A DNA stretch of 64,000 nt from an uncultured Candidatus Saccharibacteria bacterium. Lineage in GTDB: Bacteria; Patescibacteriota; Minisyncoccia; Phycocordibacterales; UBA5272. The DNA lies in assembly GCA_964512315.1 (NCBI GenBank), contig CAZEIK010000004.1, forward strand, positions 8,198 through 72,197, in the 5' to 3' direction. Each line of letters starts with the position of its first letter. Positions within the stretch are counted from its first letter, which is position 1. A program made the translations under genes and the position numbers. Below are positions 56,065 to 64,000 of the stretch, in pieces. Below the pieces are notes generated by a model. That model was not told the origin of the DNA. It saw only the letters and a program-made list of their open reading frames with translations, and searched no databases.

Positions 56065-58452
56065 CTATTTTAGCAACTTAACCAGCTCGGCGTCAAGTCT
56101 CTTGGCTGCGTCTTGATCTCTCTTTCTCAAGTCTTCTAATTCTTTTTTAGCCTCTTCTTTGTGGCCAGCATAAGCTGCAGCAGTTATGAACTTTTCTTGT
56201 GAATACTGATAAGTATTTTCTGAGTCGTACATTTTCTTAGCTAAATCATAGGCGTTCGTATAGTCCTTCATCTGAATCAGTAAATCTATATATTCGCCTA
56301 CTATACCCTGCTTGTTTGGTGCCAATGCTACAGCTCGAGCCCCAAACTCTTTGGCTTCATCCAATCTACCCATATATCTCAAATATATAGAGTATAATGA
56401 TAAGTTTCTTGCATTAGGTTTAGTATTTATCAGGTTCAACATTTGAGACTCAGCTAAAGCTTGCAACTCGGCTAAGTCTTTCGCAGTTTCAGTACGTTTA
56501 TCTTCCGGGATTTTGCTTATGTCTATATTTTTGAAAAGCGTAACCTGAGATAGCATCTGCTCAGCAACTTCTGTTTTACCATAGCTATTAGCAGCAACCG
56601 CTGACTTAAAGTAATTAAGTGTCATCTTTACTGCAGCTGGAACATCTTCATATTTCGACAATGTGCTAGTTATACGAAGTCCTGACAAAACATCCAAGTT
56701 AGCAGATAGAGGCTTGTACACAGTATAAGTGAACAGTGTAAGACTTATAACTGAGGCAGCAACCAAGTAAGCGTATACAACTCTCTCGCTGATGTGTTTG
56801 TTATTTTTAGACTCGTCTTTTATATGCCCATCTGTATCACGTGTACGAGATGCTATATAAGATAAGACCAGAACGAACATTATCCAACTGATAAGATTAT
56901 CGAAAACGAATATGTTGTGTACAAAGTATCCAACCAGTACACCAGTAAGAAGAGATCTTTCTGCAGGCGTCATGTTTACTCTTCCCTTACTGAACCAAAG
57001 CATATAAATAGGTGTAAGATAGAGCGCCAGGTAGGCAACTAGTCCCAATACTCCACCAGCAACCAACCAATCAAAGAACACATTGTGTGCACGGTCGAAC
57101 CAAGGCTCTTGCTTATACATTCTAGGGTCATAATGCTCAGCAAAAACACTAGAATAATTCTCCTGCCCATAACCTATTACTTTAGTGTGAAGACTTTCAC
57201 TCCAGCCTTCTATACTCATCTTGGCATTTAATATACGAGACACAATTGTTATCTCTCCAAATGTCTCTAGCATGCCTGGGTAATTATCACTTTCTATTGA
57301 GTTATAAGCTTTCGACAAAGTCGGTACATTGATTGTAGTCAATCTTTTTACAAAAACAGAGCTGTTAGCAAACTCGCTAGTTTTTAAAGCTTGGAAGCCA
57401 GACAACAACAAGAATGGCACCACGACGAAAGTTATAACTGTTGTAAAGGTTATAGTTAAAGCTTTCTTTGTCTTGTCAGCTATTTTCTTTGTATATTTGA
57501 AAGTTAAATAACAATAAGCTGCAACAATGGCACCCAGAACTAACCCCAGATAAGATCCACGAGTCTGAGTGTAAATTAAAAGAAAAGCATTTAAAGCTGC
57601 TCCGACTATTAGAGGCCAACTACCAACCTCACCATCACTGAACTTCTTCGCTAGATTGTATCCGCCGAATACTAACCCAACCATTCCTATGAACCATATA
57701 ACAATGCTGACACTAGAAAATGCAGAATTCATTTCGGCGAATCTGCTCAATAGTACTAACAGTGAAGAACCAATAACCATCCATACAGCACGCAATCCTT
57801 GCTTACTTTTCCAGTTGTTAACCTTAAAGGCTAATGCCGCCAGAATAAAAGCAAAGAACAAAGTATATATACCATAATAGGCAGCGTTACCAAGTGTTGA
57901 ATCCAAGCGCAAATTATTACCCATGCTTGTAGGGTAAGCTGAGTTAATATATTCAACGATCTTAGTGCTGTATAACTTTGTAACGAAGAAATCTTTCTGC
58001 CCTAGCGCTTGCAATACTGCTTGTAATGTAACTGCTATGTTGCCAACAATAAACCAACCCATCATTCTTAACCAATCCTTGTCCGTCCTGTACACAGAAT
58101 AAAGTATTGTGAAATATATAAATAAGTGTAAATGTGTGAACCATCCTTCGCTACGCTCAAAGTTAGAAAAGAATGACAGGTAAGGGTTAACTCCTAACAG
58201 GTTGGCTATACATATAACCAATAGAAATGCTGAGTAAGAATAAAAAACTAAAGACTTTTTAGGTCTATACATTGGCTCAAGTGCAGCTAACGCAACCCAA
58301 GCAACAAAAGATATCTCAACTAAGAATCTAAAACTAAAGTTCTTGCCTGTAATGTAAGGGAAAAATGTAGACTCCGACACGAACCACGCGAGCAGTGGTA
58401 TAATCGCAAGAGATGCGTATATTATACCTTTGAGAAAGCCTGATAAATTCAT
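56065..58452 (-). CDS. O-antigen-ligase-like (Wzy_C-type) polytopic membrane protein with C-terminal TPR repeats
   Basis: 795 aa. About 12 TM segments in the first ~520 aa. The C-terminal ~250 aa are helical repeat (TPR-like) sequence. Confidence 0.5.
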   Translation of the reverse strand: MNLSGFLKGIIYASLAIIPLLAWFVSESTFFPYITGKNFSFRFLVEISFVAWVALAALEPMYRPKKSLVFYSYSAFLLVICIANLLGVNPYLSFFSNFERSEGWFTHLHLFIYFTILYSVYRTDKDWLRMMGWFIVGNIAVTLQAVLQALGQKDFFVTKLYSTKIVEYINSAYPTSMGNNLRLDSTLGNAAYYGIYTLFFAFILAALAFKVNNWKSKQGLRAVWMVIGSSLLVLLSRFAEMNSAFSSVSIVIWFIGMVGLVFGGYNLAKKFSDGEVGSWPLIVGAALNAFLLIYTQTRGSYLGLVLGAIVAAYCYLTFKYTKKIADKTKKALTITFTTVITFVVVPFLLLSGFQALKTSEFANSSVFVKRLTTINVPTLSKAYNSIESDNYPGMLETFGEITIVSRILNAKMSIEGWSESLHTKVIGYGQENYSSVFAEHYDPRMYKQEPWFDRAHNVFFDWLVAGGVLGLVAYLALYLTPIYMLWFSKGRVNMTPAERSLLTGVLVGYFVHNIFVFDNLISWIMFVLVLSYIASRTRDTDGHIKDESKNNKHISERVVYAYLVAASVISLTLFTYTVYKPLSANLDVLSGLRITSTLSKYEDVPAAVKMTLNYFKSAVAANSYGKTEVAEQMLSQVTLFKNIDISKIPEDKRTETAKDLAELQALAESQMLNLINTKPNARNLSLYSIYLRYMGRLDEAKEFGARAVALAPNKQGIVGEYIDLLIQMKDYTNAYDLAKKMYDSENTYQYSQEKFITAAAYAGHKEEAKKELEDLRKRDQDAAKRLDAELVKLLK

Positions 58453-58507
58453 ATTTACTGTTTATATATTTTAATTAATGCTTAAAAGTATAACACAGCA
58501 AAACAGC

Positions 58508-60346
58508 TTATAAACTCTTGACCATGTACGTATTCTGTAGTGTAAAGCCTCTTTTTTTGTAATATTCGCGTACACCCACTCCTGAAATAATAGTGAGTTT
58601 TTTGTATTTTAGATTGTGTTTGTTGTCACCGCGCGCAATCTCCTCGGCACGAGCCAGTAACTTCTTACCCATACCTGTATGTTGTGACTGATTACCTTCC
58701 TCACCCACTCTTTTCATGGTTCCATATACATGCAGCTCGCGCACCAATGCTGAGTCTGACAGCAGGTCGTCTATTTGATATGCATCAGTCTTACTTAGAT
58801 TATCCTTCTCAAATTGCAAGCTCTCCTCTTTCCATTTCTTAATCCCCCAATTTGCATCACTTTGTATAAAAGAAGGATTTAAATTAGAATTATCTCGTAG
58901 GGCCCCATCCGATAGGCTATGGGGTAAAGAGGAATTATAATTTGAATCTTTCTTTGGTAACCTAAGCCTTAGAAACCCTGCCAACTTATTTTCCTTTTTA
59001 TTCTCAAATTGTAAGAAACACTCAAAGGAATGTCTGGTCTCATACCAAGTTTCAGTTAATTCAAAGTCATTAGGGTCGACTTCTGCATCACGTATTTCGC
59101 GCGCACGAATGTCTACCTGCTGTACACCACGAGCCTTCTGATACTTGTCTACATCTTCACGCAGGTTACTTTTCTTGCTACCGATGATTATATAGTCTGC
59201 AGGTATGTCGCGTATAACACGAATCAGTCTCGTATAATTCGGAACATAGCTCTCACAGTCAGCGAGCACTCTAGTCAGTAACTCATCACTGTACGCTGTA
59301 TAATCTATTTTCTTCTGAGTTACTAGCTTATACAGGAGAGAACCTTTCAAGACCATATTCGGATATATTTTCATCATGTCTGGATGATGATCTAGTCCGT
59401 CGTACAGATTCTTGAACATCAACACATCCATCTCGGGTGTGGATGTGGGCAAATTAGGCATCATGTGATACACAACCTTGAACCCATAATCACGAAGCAT
59501 TTCAGAACCAGCCGCAACAGCCTCTGCGGTCATCTCACGCTTATTAAATGCTAGCACCCCATTATCAAGATGCTGCACACCGAGCTCAACCTTGGTAACA
59601 CCGAGTAGTCTCATCCACTTTAACTCAGACGGGATAATATAATCAGGTCTAGTCTCAACAGAAAGTCCAATAATACGCGCATGTGCCGACTCATTAATTT
59701 TCTGTAACTCTTCTAATGTATAATTATTATCTTTTTCTATGAACTCTCTACCCTCTTCTACAGCACGCCAATTGTTACATGCACGAAATGCCTCACGAGT
59801 GAATTCCTCTTGATATTCTTTTTTATAAAAATTAAATGTGCCACCGATAAAAATCATCTCTATCTTATCCACGGGGTGGCCGTTCATCGTGAGGGCACGC
59901 AATCTAGTCCATATCTGCTTATACGGATCGAATCTTTGCATCAGAGCGCGTGCTGCTGCTGGCTCACGAGAAAGATATGACTTTGGCATATTCTTCTCAG
60001 TAGGACAGTATATACAACGCCCTGGACAAGTGTATGGCTTGGTTAGAAGTGACACTACCGCAACTCCCGAGTTACTACGAACTTTTAATCTCTTCAAGAT
60101 GTTCTCAGTCTTTATGTCCCTACTCGCCACACCTTCTGCAACCAACTCATTGTACAGCTCTAACAGTTCTGGGTTGTTAGGCATCTGCCCTTTGGCGTCA
60201 ACTTTGTTATTAATCTTTTCGCGCACAGCTATCCAACGTGTACGCCAATAATCATCACGTGCGACTAGACGCTTGAGCTTGGCAACATCTACCTCTGTCT
60301 TAACATTTTCAAAAATATTAGAAATCATTTTATTTAGATACCCCAA
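58508..60346 (-). CDS. elp3: Bacterial Elp3-family protein (radical SAM + GNAT; tRNA U34 carboxymethyl-modification enzyme homolog)
   Basis: 612 aa. Radical-SAM cluster motif CPGRCIYCP (CxxxCxxC). C-terminal GNAT block QHTGMGKKLL…IISGVGVREYYKKRGF…YMVK matches the Elp3 C-terminus. Confidence 0.8.
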   Translation of the reverse strand: MGYLNKMISNIFENVKTEVDVAKLKRLVARDDYWRTRWIAVREKINNKVDAKGQMPNNPELLELYNELVAEGVASRDIKTENILKRLKVRSNSGVAVVSLLTKPYTCPGRCIYCPTEKNMPKSYLSREPAAARALMQRFDPYKQIWTRLRALTMNGHPVDKIEMIFIGGTFNFYKKEYQEEFTREAFRACNNWRAVEEGREFIEKDNNYTLEELQKINESAHARIIGLSVETRPDYIIPSELKWMRLLGVTKVELGVQHLDNGVLAFNKREMTAEAVAAGSEMLRDYGFKVVYHMMPNLPTSTPEMDVLMFKNLYDGLDHHPDMMKIYPNMVLKGSLLYKLVTQKKIDYTAYSDELLTRVLADCESYVPNYTRLIRVIRDIPADYIIIGSKKSNLREDVDKYQKARGVQQVDIRAREIRDAEVDPNDFELTETWYETRHSFECFLQFENKKENKLAGFLRLRLPKKDSNYNSSLPHSLSDGALRDNSNLNPSFIQSDANWGIKKWKEESLQFEKDNLSKTDAYQIDDLLSDSALVRELHVYGTMKRVGEEGNQSQHTGMGKKLLARAEEIARGDNKHNLKYKKLTIISGVGVREYYKKRGFTLQNTYMVKSL

Positions 60347-60438
60347 AAATATATGAGGGACTTAAATAAAACTTACGCTTATATCATTAAGCTTTATTAC
60401 TTATACATTAACATACTTTTATGCTATAGTAAAGACAA

Positions 60439-61092
60439 ATGAATTCAGACTTCGACCCAATAAAGCATACAGCTGATGGATACAATAAAATAGCCAATGA
60501 ATGGGACCAGACTAGGAAACAGTCTTGGGATGAGGTCAACGTTTATATTGAAAAGTATCTGAAAGACGGCCAGAAAATAATAGATATTGGATGCGGCAAT
60601 GGGCGTGCGCTATTTCTCTTGGAAAAATACAAAGATTTAGAATACCTAGGAATAGATAATTCGGAAAAGTTAATAGAGAAAGCGAAAGATAACTTTCCTG
60701 ATTACCAATTCGAACATTTTGATGGTCTCAACTTTTCTAAATACAAAAAAGATTATTATGATGTTGCTCTACTGGTTGCTGTAATACATCACATACCTGA
60801 AGGCATGATTATAAACTGGCTCATAAATATAAATTCTCTTCTCAAAAAAGATGGAGTTATTTTTGTGACGAGCTGGGATGTTATGAGTGGTAAGAGCAAG
60901 TCATATCTAGACGAAGAAAAAAAAGGGCTGCTGCCATTCATGAGTCATAAAAATATAAGATTCGTAAAGTCTTATACAAAGGACGAATTAGAAAAATACC
61001 TGAAGTTGGCTGGATTCAAAATTTTAGACGGAGGATACGCTAGCCGACAGAGTGGTGAGAAAAATATTTTTATTGTTGGTCAGAAACTCTAA
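60439..61092 (+). CDS. Class I SAM-dependent methyltransferase
   Basis: 217 aa. Motif I IIDIGCGNGRAL. Rossmann-MTase pattern. Transcribed divergently from elp3. Confidence 0.7.
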   Translation: MNSDFDPIKHTADGYNKIANEWDQTRKQSWDEVNVYIEKYLKDGQKIIDIGCGNGRALFLLEKYKDLEYLGIDNSEKLIEKAKDNFPDYQFEHFDGLNFSKYKKDYYDVALLVAVIHHIPEGMIINWLININSLLKKDGVIFVTSWDVMSGKSKSYLDEEKKGLLPFMSHKNIRFVKSYTKDELEKYLKLAGFKILDGGYASRQSGEKNIFIVGQKL

Positions 61093-62323
61093 TTGTATAA
61101 ATATCAGGTACACCACTTTGACCTTTTAGATAAACTTTACCTCCGTTAAGCCAAGAGTTCTGATTGAAATAAAAGTTGAGCAACCATCTGTCTCCATTAG
61201 GTATAGCGTCGTATACGCCTGGCTTGTACTGACTCTGCAAGGCAGTATAGTTATCTGGATTAGAACAATTACCTTCACCGCTTCTCTCGAGACAAATTTC
61301 TGTTGGTGAATTCATGTCTGTCTTATACGTAAAATACAGAGAATTAACAGGACTTCTCAATCTATAGAAAGTTCCAGATGAAGCAGACAACTTAACACTT
61401 GTAGTTGTTTGTGTTTGAGGTGCTGGCGCTGTATTGTTATTAGTCGCTGGTATAACTGTAGTCTGCGTTGTTGTATTTACAACTTTGGGTGCTGAGTAAG
61501 TAACCACAACTCCCCTTCTCGCTTTTTCTATAGAAGCTTGATCGCCTCTACAAGTAATCGCTGCTATTGAAGCTCTTGTGTTAGGGCCAACATAACCGCG
61601 AACATCAACACCATGTCTCGATTGCCAAAGTCTAACAGCGGCCTCAGTGTTGCGTCCGAAATATCCAGTTGGCCACATCTCCATATATCCAGTATCAGAC
61701 AAGAACTTCTGCAGTGTCAGAACTTGTGACGCACGAGATCCATACTCCATGAACTGTGTCATAACAGTGCAACGATAATTAATATTCTGATCTGAGACTA
61801 TTCCAGATGGCATAGACGAATACACATTGCCGCCCGAGTTACCATTATTAGAACCCCCGTTGTTACCACTACCTGTATCTGAAAAATTATCTTCACAAGC
61901 ACTCAATACTGTTGGCGTAATATTGTCGTCTTCACCTAACAAGTTAGTGTAGAAACTATAAATAGATTGCCTCTCGCTTGTATTAAAAGTTGCCGCCTCA
62001 ACATTACTGTAAACGTCATCAAAAATTGCACCCGAGAATCTAGATGACGCACAATTAGTAGCTGCAGCATCTCGCTTTGCAACTTCTACTGCCTGATCTC
62101 TCGTCTGAGGATTGATGGTTAAAATATATTGCAAAGACCTAGCAACTTGAGCAAGCGCGCTCACTTGAGGAGTTGAAAGCTTATAGGCACTAGCCATGTT
62201 AGTTATCATAGACTCAACCTCATCTCTTATACCATTATTATTACTATCCCCAGCAACGGACTGAGCCGAGACAAAACTAATCGCAACAAAAGAAACAAAA
62301 ATTCCTAATAGAAACTTATTCAT
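61070..62323 (-). CDS. Secreted protein with a peptidoglycan-binding (PG_binding_1-like) domain
   Basis: 417 aa. Signal peptide. G/N-rich linker. LTLQKFLSDTGYM…GYFGRNTEAAVRLWQSRHGVDVRGYVGPNTRASI. Confidence 0.55.
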   Translation of the reverse strand: MNKFLLGIFVSFVAISFVSAQSVAGDSNNNGIRDEVESMITNMASAYKLSTPQVSALAQVARSLQYILTINPQTRDQAVEVAKRDAAATNCASSRFSGAIFDDVYSNVEAATFNTSERQSIYSFYTNLLGEDDNITPTVLSACEDNFSDTGSGNNGGSNNGNSGGNVYSSMPSGIVSDQNINYRCTVMTQFMEYGSRASQVLTLQKFLSDTGYMEMWPTGYFGRNTEAAVRLWQSRHGVDVRGYVGPNTRASIAAITCRGDQASIEKARRGVVVTYSAPKVVNTTTQTTVIPATNNNTAPAPQTQTTTSVKLSASSGTFYRLRSPVNSLYFTYKTDMNSPTEICLERSGEGNCSNPDNYTALQSQYKPGVYDAIPNGDRWLLNFYFNQNSWLNGGKVYLKGQSGVPDIYTIRVSDQQ

Positions 62324-63617
62324 ATAGCCAGTATAACCATTTATTTATACCGCTTGGGGCGCTTTTCCCCACTGAAGGCTGAGTCTGCTTTGTTGGCTCC
62401 ATTGTTTGAGTTGTAGTTGCGGACTGACTTGATGTTACCTTATTAGACAAATTAACCTTTTTATACAAGGGTCTTTTGTGTTGTGTTGAGCTAGCTTTTG
62501 TCTCATTCAAAGAAAACATTATACTTTTGTTTTCGTTTTTATAAAATTCAGGAACTAATGTATTATTAGAAAATCTAAGCTTTGGGTTAGCACAACCGAA
62601 TCCGAGAACTTTGTCACTAATCAAAACTTTAGAATTTTTATTAATTAGAAAATGTCTAGCTATTTGAAATATTCCCGTGTCACACATTATATTAAATCCT
62701 CCTATATCTATATCTTCGTCGTCTATATTCTCAACAACAATACCACTAGACGTGGCGTACACCTTTAACTTCGGATCTCTAACATGCACCGTTACCTTCT
62801 CTATACCATAAACATTACTATTTTCTACTTCTAGAAAGGCATTATAGTCTCCGGAGTTTTGATATATGTGACTAGATGTTGCACCAACCGCACCAGCACC
62901 GTCACCAAATGACCAATAAACAGTTCCCACAATATTAGTGTTCTTGCTATCCGCATTACGTGTTTCAAAATAAGTACTAGCACCAGCTGTAGTAAATATT
63001 TCTTTATTCGTTAACATGTGTATGTCGCCAAGCAAATACGTTCTCTTGGTTGTTTGAACATATGAATTAGAACTAGTTTGTGTTGTTGCACTAGAAGTAG
63101 ATGTGGGTGTAGTTGAAACAGAACCAGAAAAAGCCACATTCACATCACCCGGTGTTGAGTTGCCAGGTAACCATGATCCGTTTATGAGTGAAAGTGTGCC
63201 ACCCGTTCCATTTGAATCTGGCACAGGAGTATAACTGACCTTACTGGCTGACTCACCATTTGCTGTGCGCATTTCTATTGTCTCACCTGAATTCGAAAAA
63301 GAAAAAGCTGAGTCAAAAAGGCTTCCAGTAAAATTAGGATTATCTAGCAAGAAAAAGCTAGCATTGTCAGCGATAATCGCATAAGTACCTTTCTGTAACA
63401 TTTCTGCACCTGACACGTAACTAATAGTATGACTTGTGCTGTTCTCAAAGAATTTATAAGTCTTAAGGTCTACTGTGGCTTCGCCATCATTATAAACTTC
63501 GAACCACTCATGACCAGTATCTGATCCAGATGGATCGTACAATATCTCAGTTATCTGTAAAGCTTTTGCGTTCTGCAAGAGAGCCGTAACACATAAACAC
63601 AAGATAAGCTTTTTCAT
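62316..63617 (-). CDS. Secreted lamin-tail-domain + PKD-domain surface protein
   Basis: 433 aa. Signal peptide. LTD motif ITEILYDPSGSDTGHEWFEVYN. PKD motif VYWSFGDGAGAVGATSSHIYQNSGDYNAFLEV. Confidence 0.6.
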   Translation of the reverse strand: MKKLILCLCVTALLQNAKALQITEILYDPSGSDTGHEWFEVYNDGEATVDLKTYKFFENSTSHTISYVSGAEMLQKGTYAIIADNASFFLLDNPNFTGSLFDSAFSFSNSGETIEMRTANGESASKVSYTPVPDSNGTGGTLSLINGSWLPGNSTPGDVNVAFSGSVSTTPTSTSSATTQTSSNSYVQTTKRTYLLGDIHMLTNKEIFTTAGASTYFETRNADSKNTNIVGTVYWSFGDGAGAVGATSSHIYQNSGDYNAFLEVENSNVYGIEKVTVHVRDPKLKVYATSSGIVVENIDDEDIDIGGFNIMCDTGIFQIARHFLINKNSKVLISDKVLGFGCANPKLRFSNNTLVPEFYKNENKSIMFSLNETKASSTQHKRPLYKKVNLSNKVTSSQSATTTQTMEPTKQTQPSVGKSAPSGINKWLYWLYE

Positions 63618-63620
63618 ATT

Positions 63621-63953
63621 TTATAATTCTAAGATTTTTTTTATATCCTCATCTGCAACAGTCTTAGTCTTTGGCTGAGAGATCTTAGTAGCGTCTTCTG
63701 CCGAGACCTCTTTTTTAGATACTCCTAGGGCAACATTGAGCGCGTCTCGGAGTGCGGTATTCTTTTTTTCTTCTCTAACTTGACCTTGATCTGTATGACT
63801 TACTCTATTAACAACTTTGTCATTACCCCTTCTATCTTCAACTTTCTTCTCTTCTACTTTTTCTATTCTTTTCTCATGTATAACTTTTTGAACTTTTTGT
63901 TTTGCTTCTTCAGCTGGAGATATTGATTTTGGTTTTGCTCCGAACCACTCCAC
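63621..63953 (-). CDS. Hypothetical K/E-rich protein
   Basis: 110-aa ORF upstream of the LTD gene. No motif recognised. Confidence 0.3.
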   Translation of the reverse strand: MEWFGAKPKSISPAEEAKQKVQKVIHEKRIEKVEEKKVEDRRGNDKVVNRVSHTDQGQVREEKKNTALRDALNVALGVSKKEVSAEDATKISQPKTKTVADEDIKKILEL

Positions 63954-64000
63954 AACCGGCCTATACCAATTTCTTATATCCTCCTCTACGCTAGCTCTAT

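Noticed and set aside
1-64000. Alternative genetic code (UGA→Gly as in Gracilibacteria/SR1)
   Set aside because: All conserved genes (rpoB, ligA, pilB, lepA, valS and others) give full-length, homolog-consistent ORFs under the standard code with TAA/TAG/TGA stops. There is no sign of stop-interrupted genes.
1-64000. Mobile elements (IS/transposase, integrase, phage genes) near the tRNA-flanked island or the GC-rich island
   Set aside because: No DDE transposase, tyrosine or serine recombinase, or phage structural motifs were seen in any frame. The islands are inferred only from composition or tRNA context.

Overview
This is an AT-rich (~35% GC) bacterial chromosome segment with almost all genes on the minus strand. 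I infer a small-genome monoderm bacterium of the CPR/Patescibacteria type. The basis is a secretin-less type IV pilus locus, a split transketolase, compact aminoacyl-tRNA synthetases, GatCA and a bacterial Elp3; no rRNA gene is present to confirm this. The standard genetic code appears to be in use.

Contents in order:
- rpoC (partial) and rpoB.
- A nitroreductase and a four-gene surface-glycan cluster (epimerase, GT1, GT32-like, GT2).
- pta-like, gltX, and two secreted or membrane hypotheticals.
- tgt, a Nudix hydrolase, an AlkA-like glycosylase, bcp, TerC, malic enzyme and fba.
- A divergent PfkB kinase.
- A pentose-phosphate/glycolysis operon: gap, rpiB, an Rpe-like gene, split tktN/tktC and a small hypothetical.
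- A small island holding a type IV pilin fused to a LamG domain, flanked by two tRNA(CAU) genes.
- A membrane protein with thrombospondin-type-3 Ca-binding repeats, a His-rich linker and a HEPN-like tail.
- gatA, gatC and ligA.
- A complete secretin-less type IV pilus locus: four minor pilins, pilD, two tandem near-identical major pilins, pilC, pilT, pilB, pilO, pilN and pilM.
- An unannotated 48-aa Lys/Ala-repeat histone-H1-like gene, next to a 654-aa coiled-coil protein with a Lys-rich tail, a bacterial SET-domain methyltransferase and a ParE/RelE toxin.
- valS, hsp20, tRNA-Phe and tRNA-Arg.
- A ~0.55-kb island of ~60% GC carrying a secreted protein, with its own promoter and a palindromic operator, flanked by terminators.
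- A glutaredoxin-like gene, an FtsB-like gene, lepA and murJ.
- An unannotated RNase P RNA (rnpB).
- DUF192, tRNA-Val, rlmH, DoxX and tsaD.
- An O-antigen-ligase-like protein with TPR repeats.
- A bacterial Elp3 (radical-SAM/GNAT) facing a divergently transcribed class I methyltransferase.
- Secreted surface proteins with peptidoglycan-binding and lamin-tail/PKD domains.

Five tRNAs, rnpB and several rho-independent terminators were identified by eye. No CRISPR array, IS element or integrase was seen.
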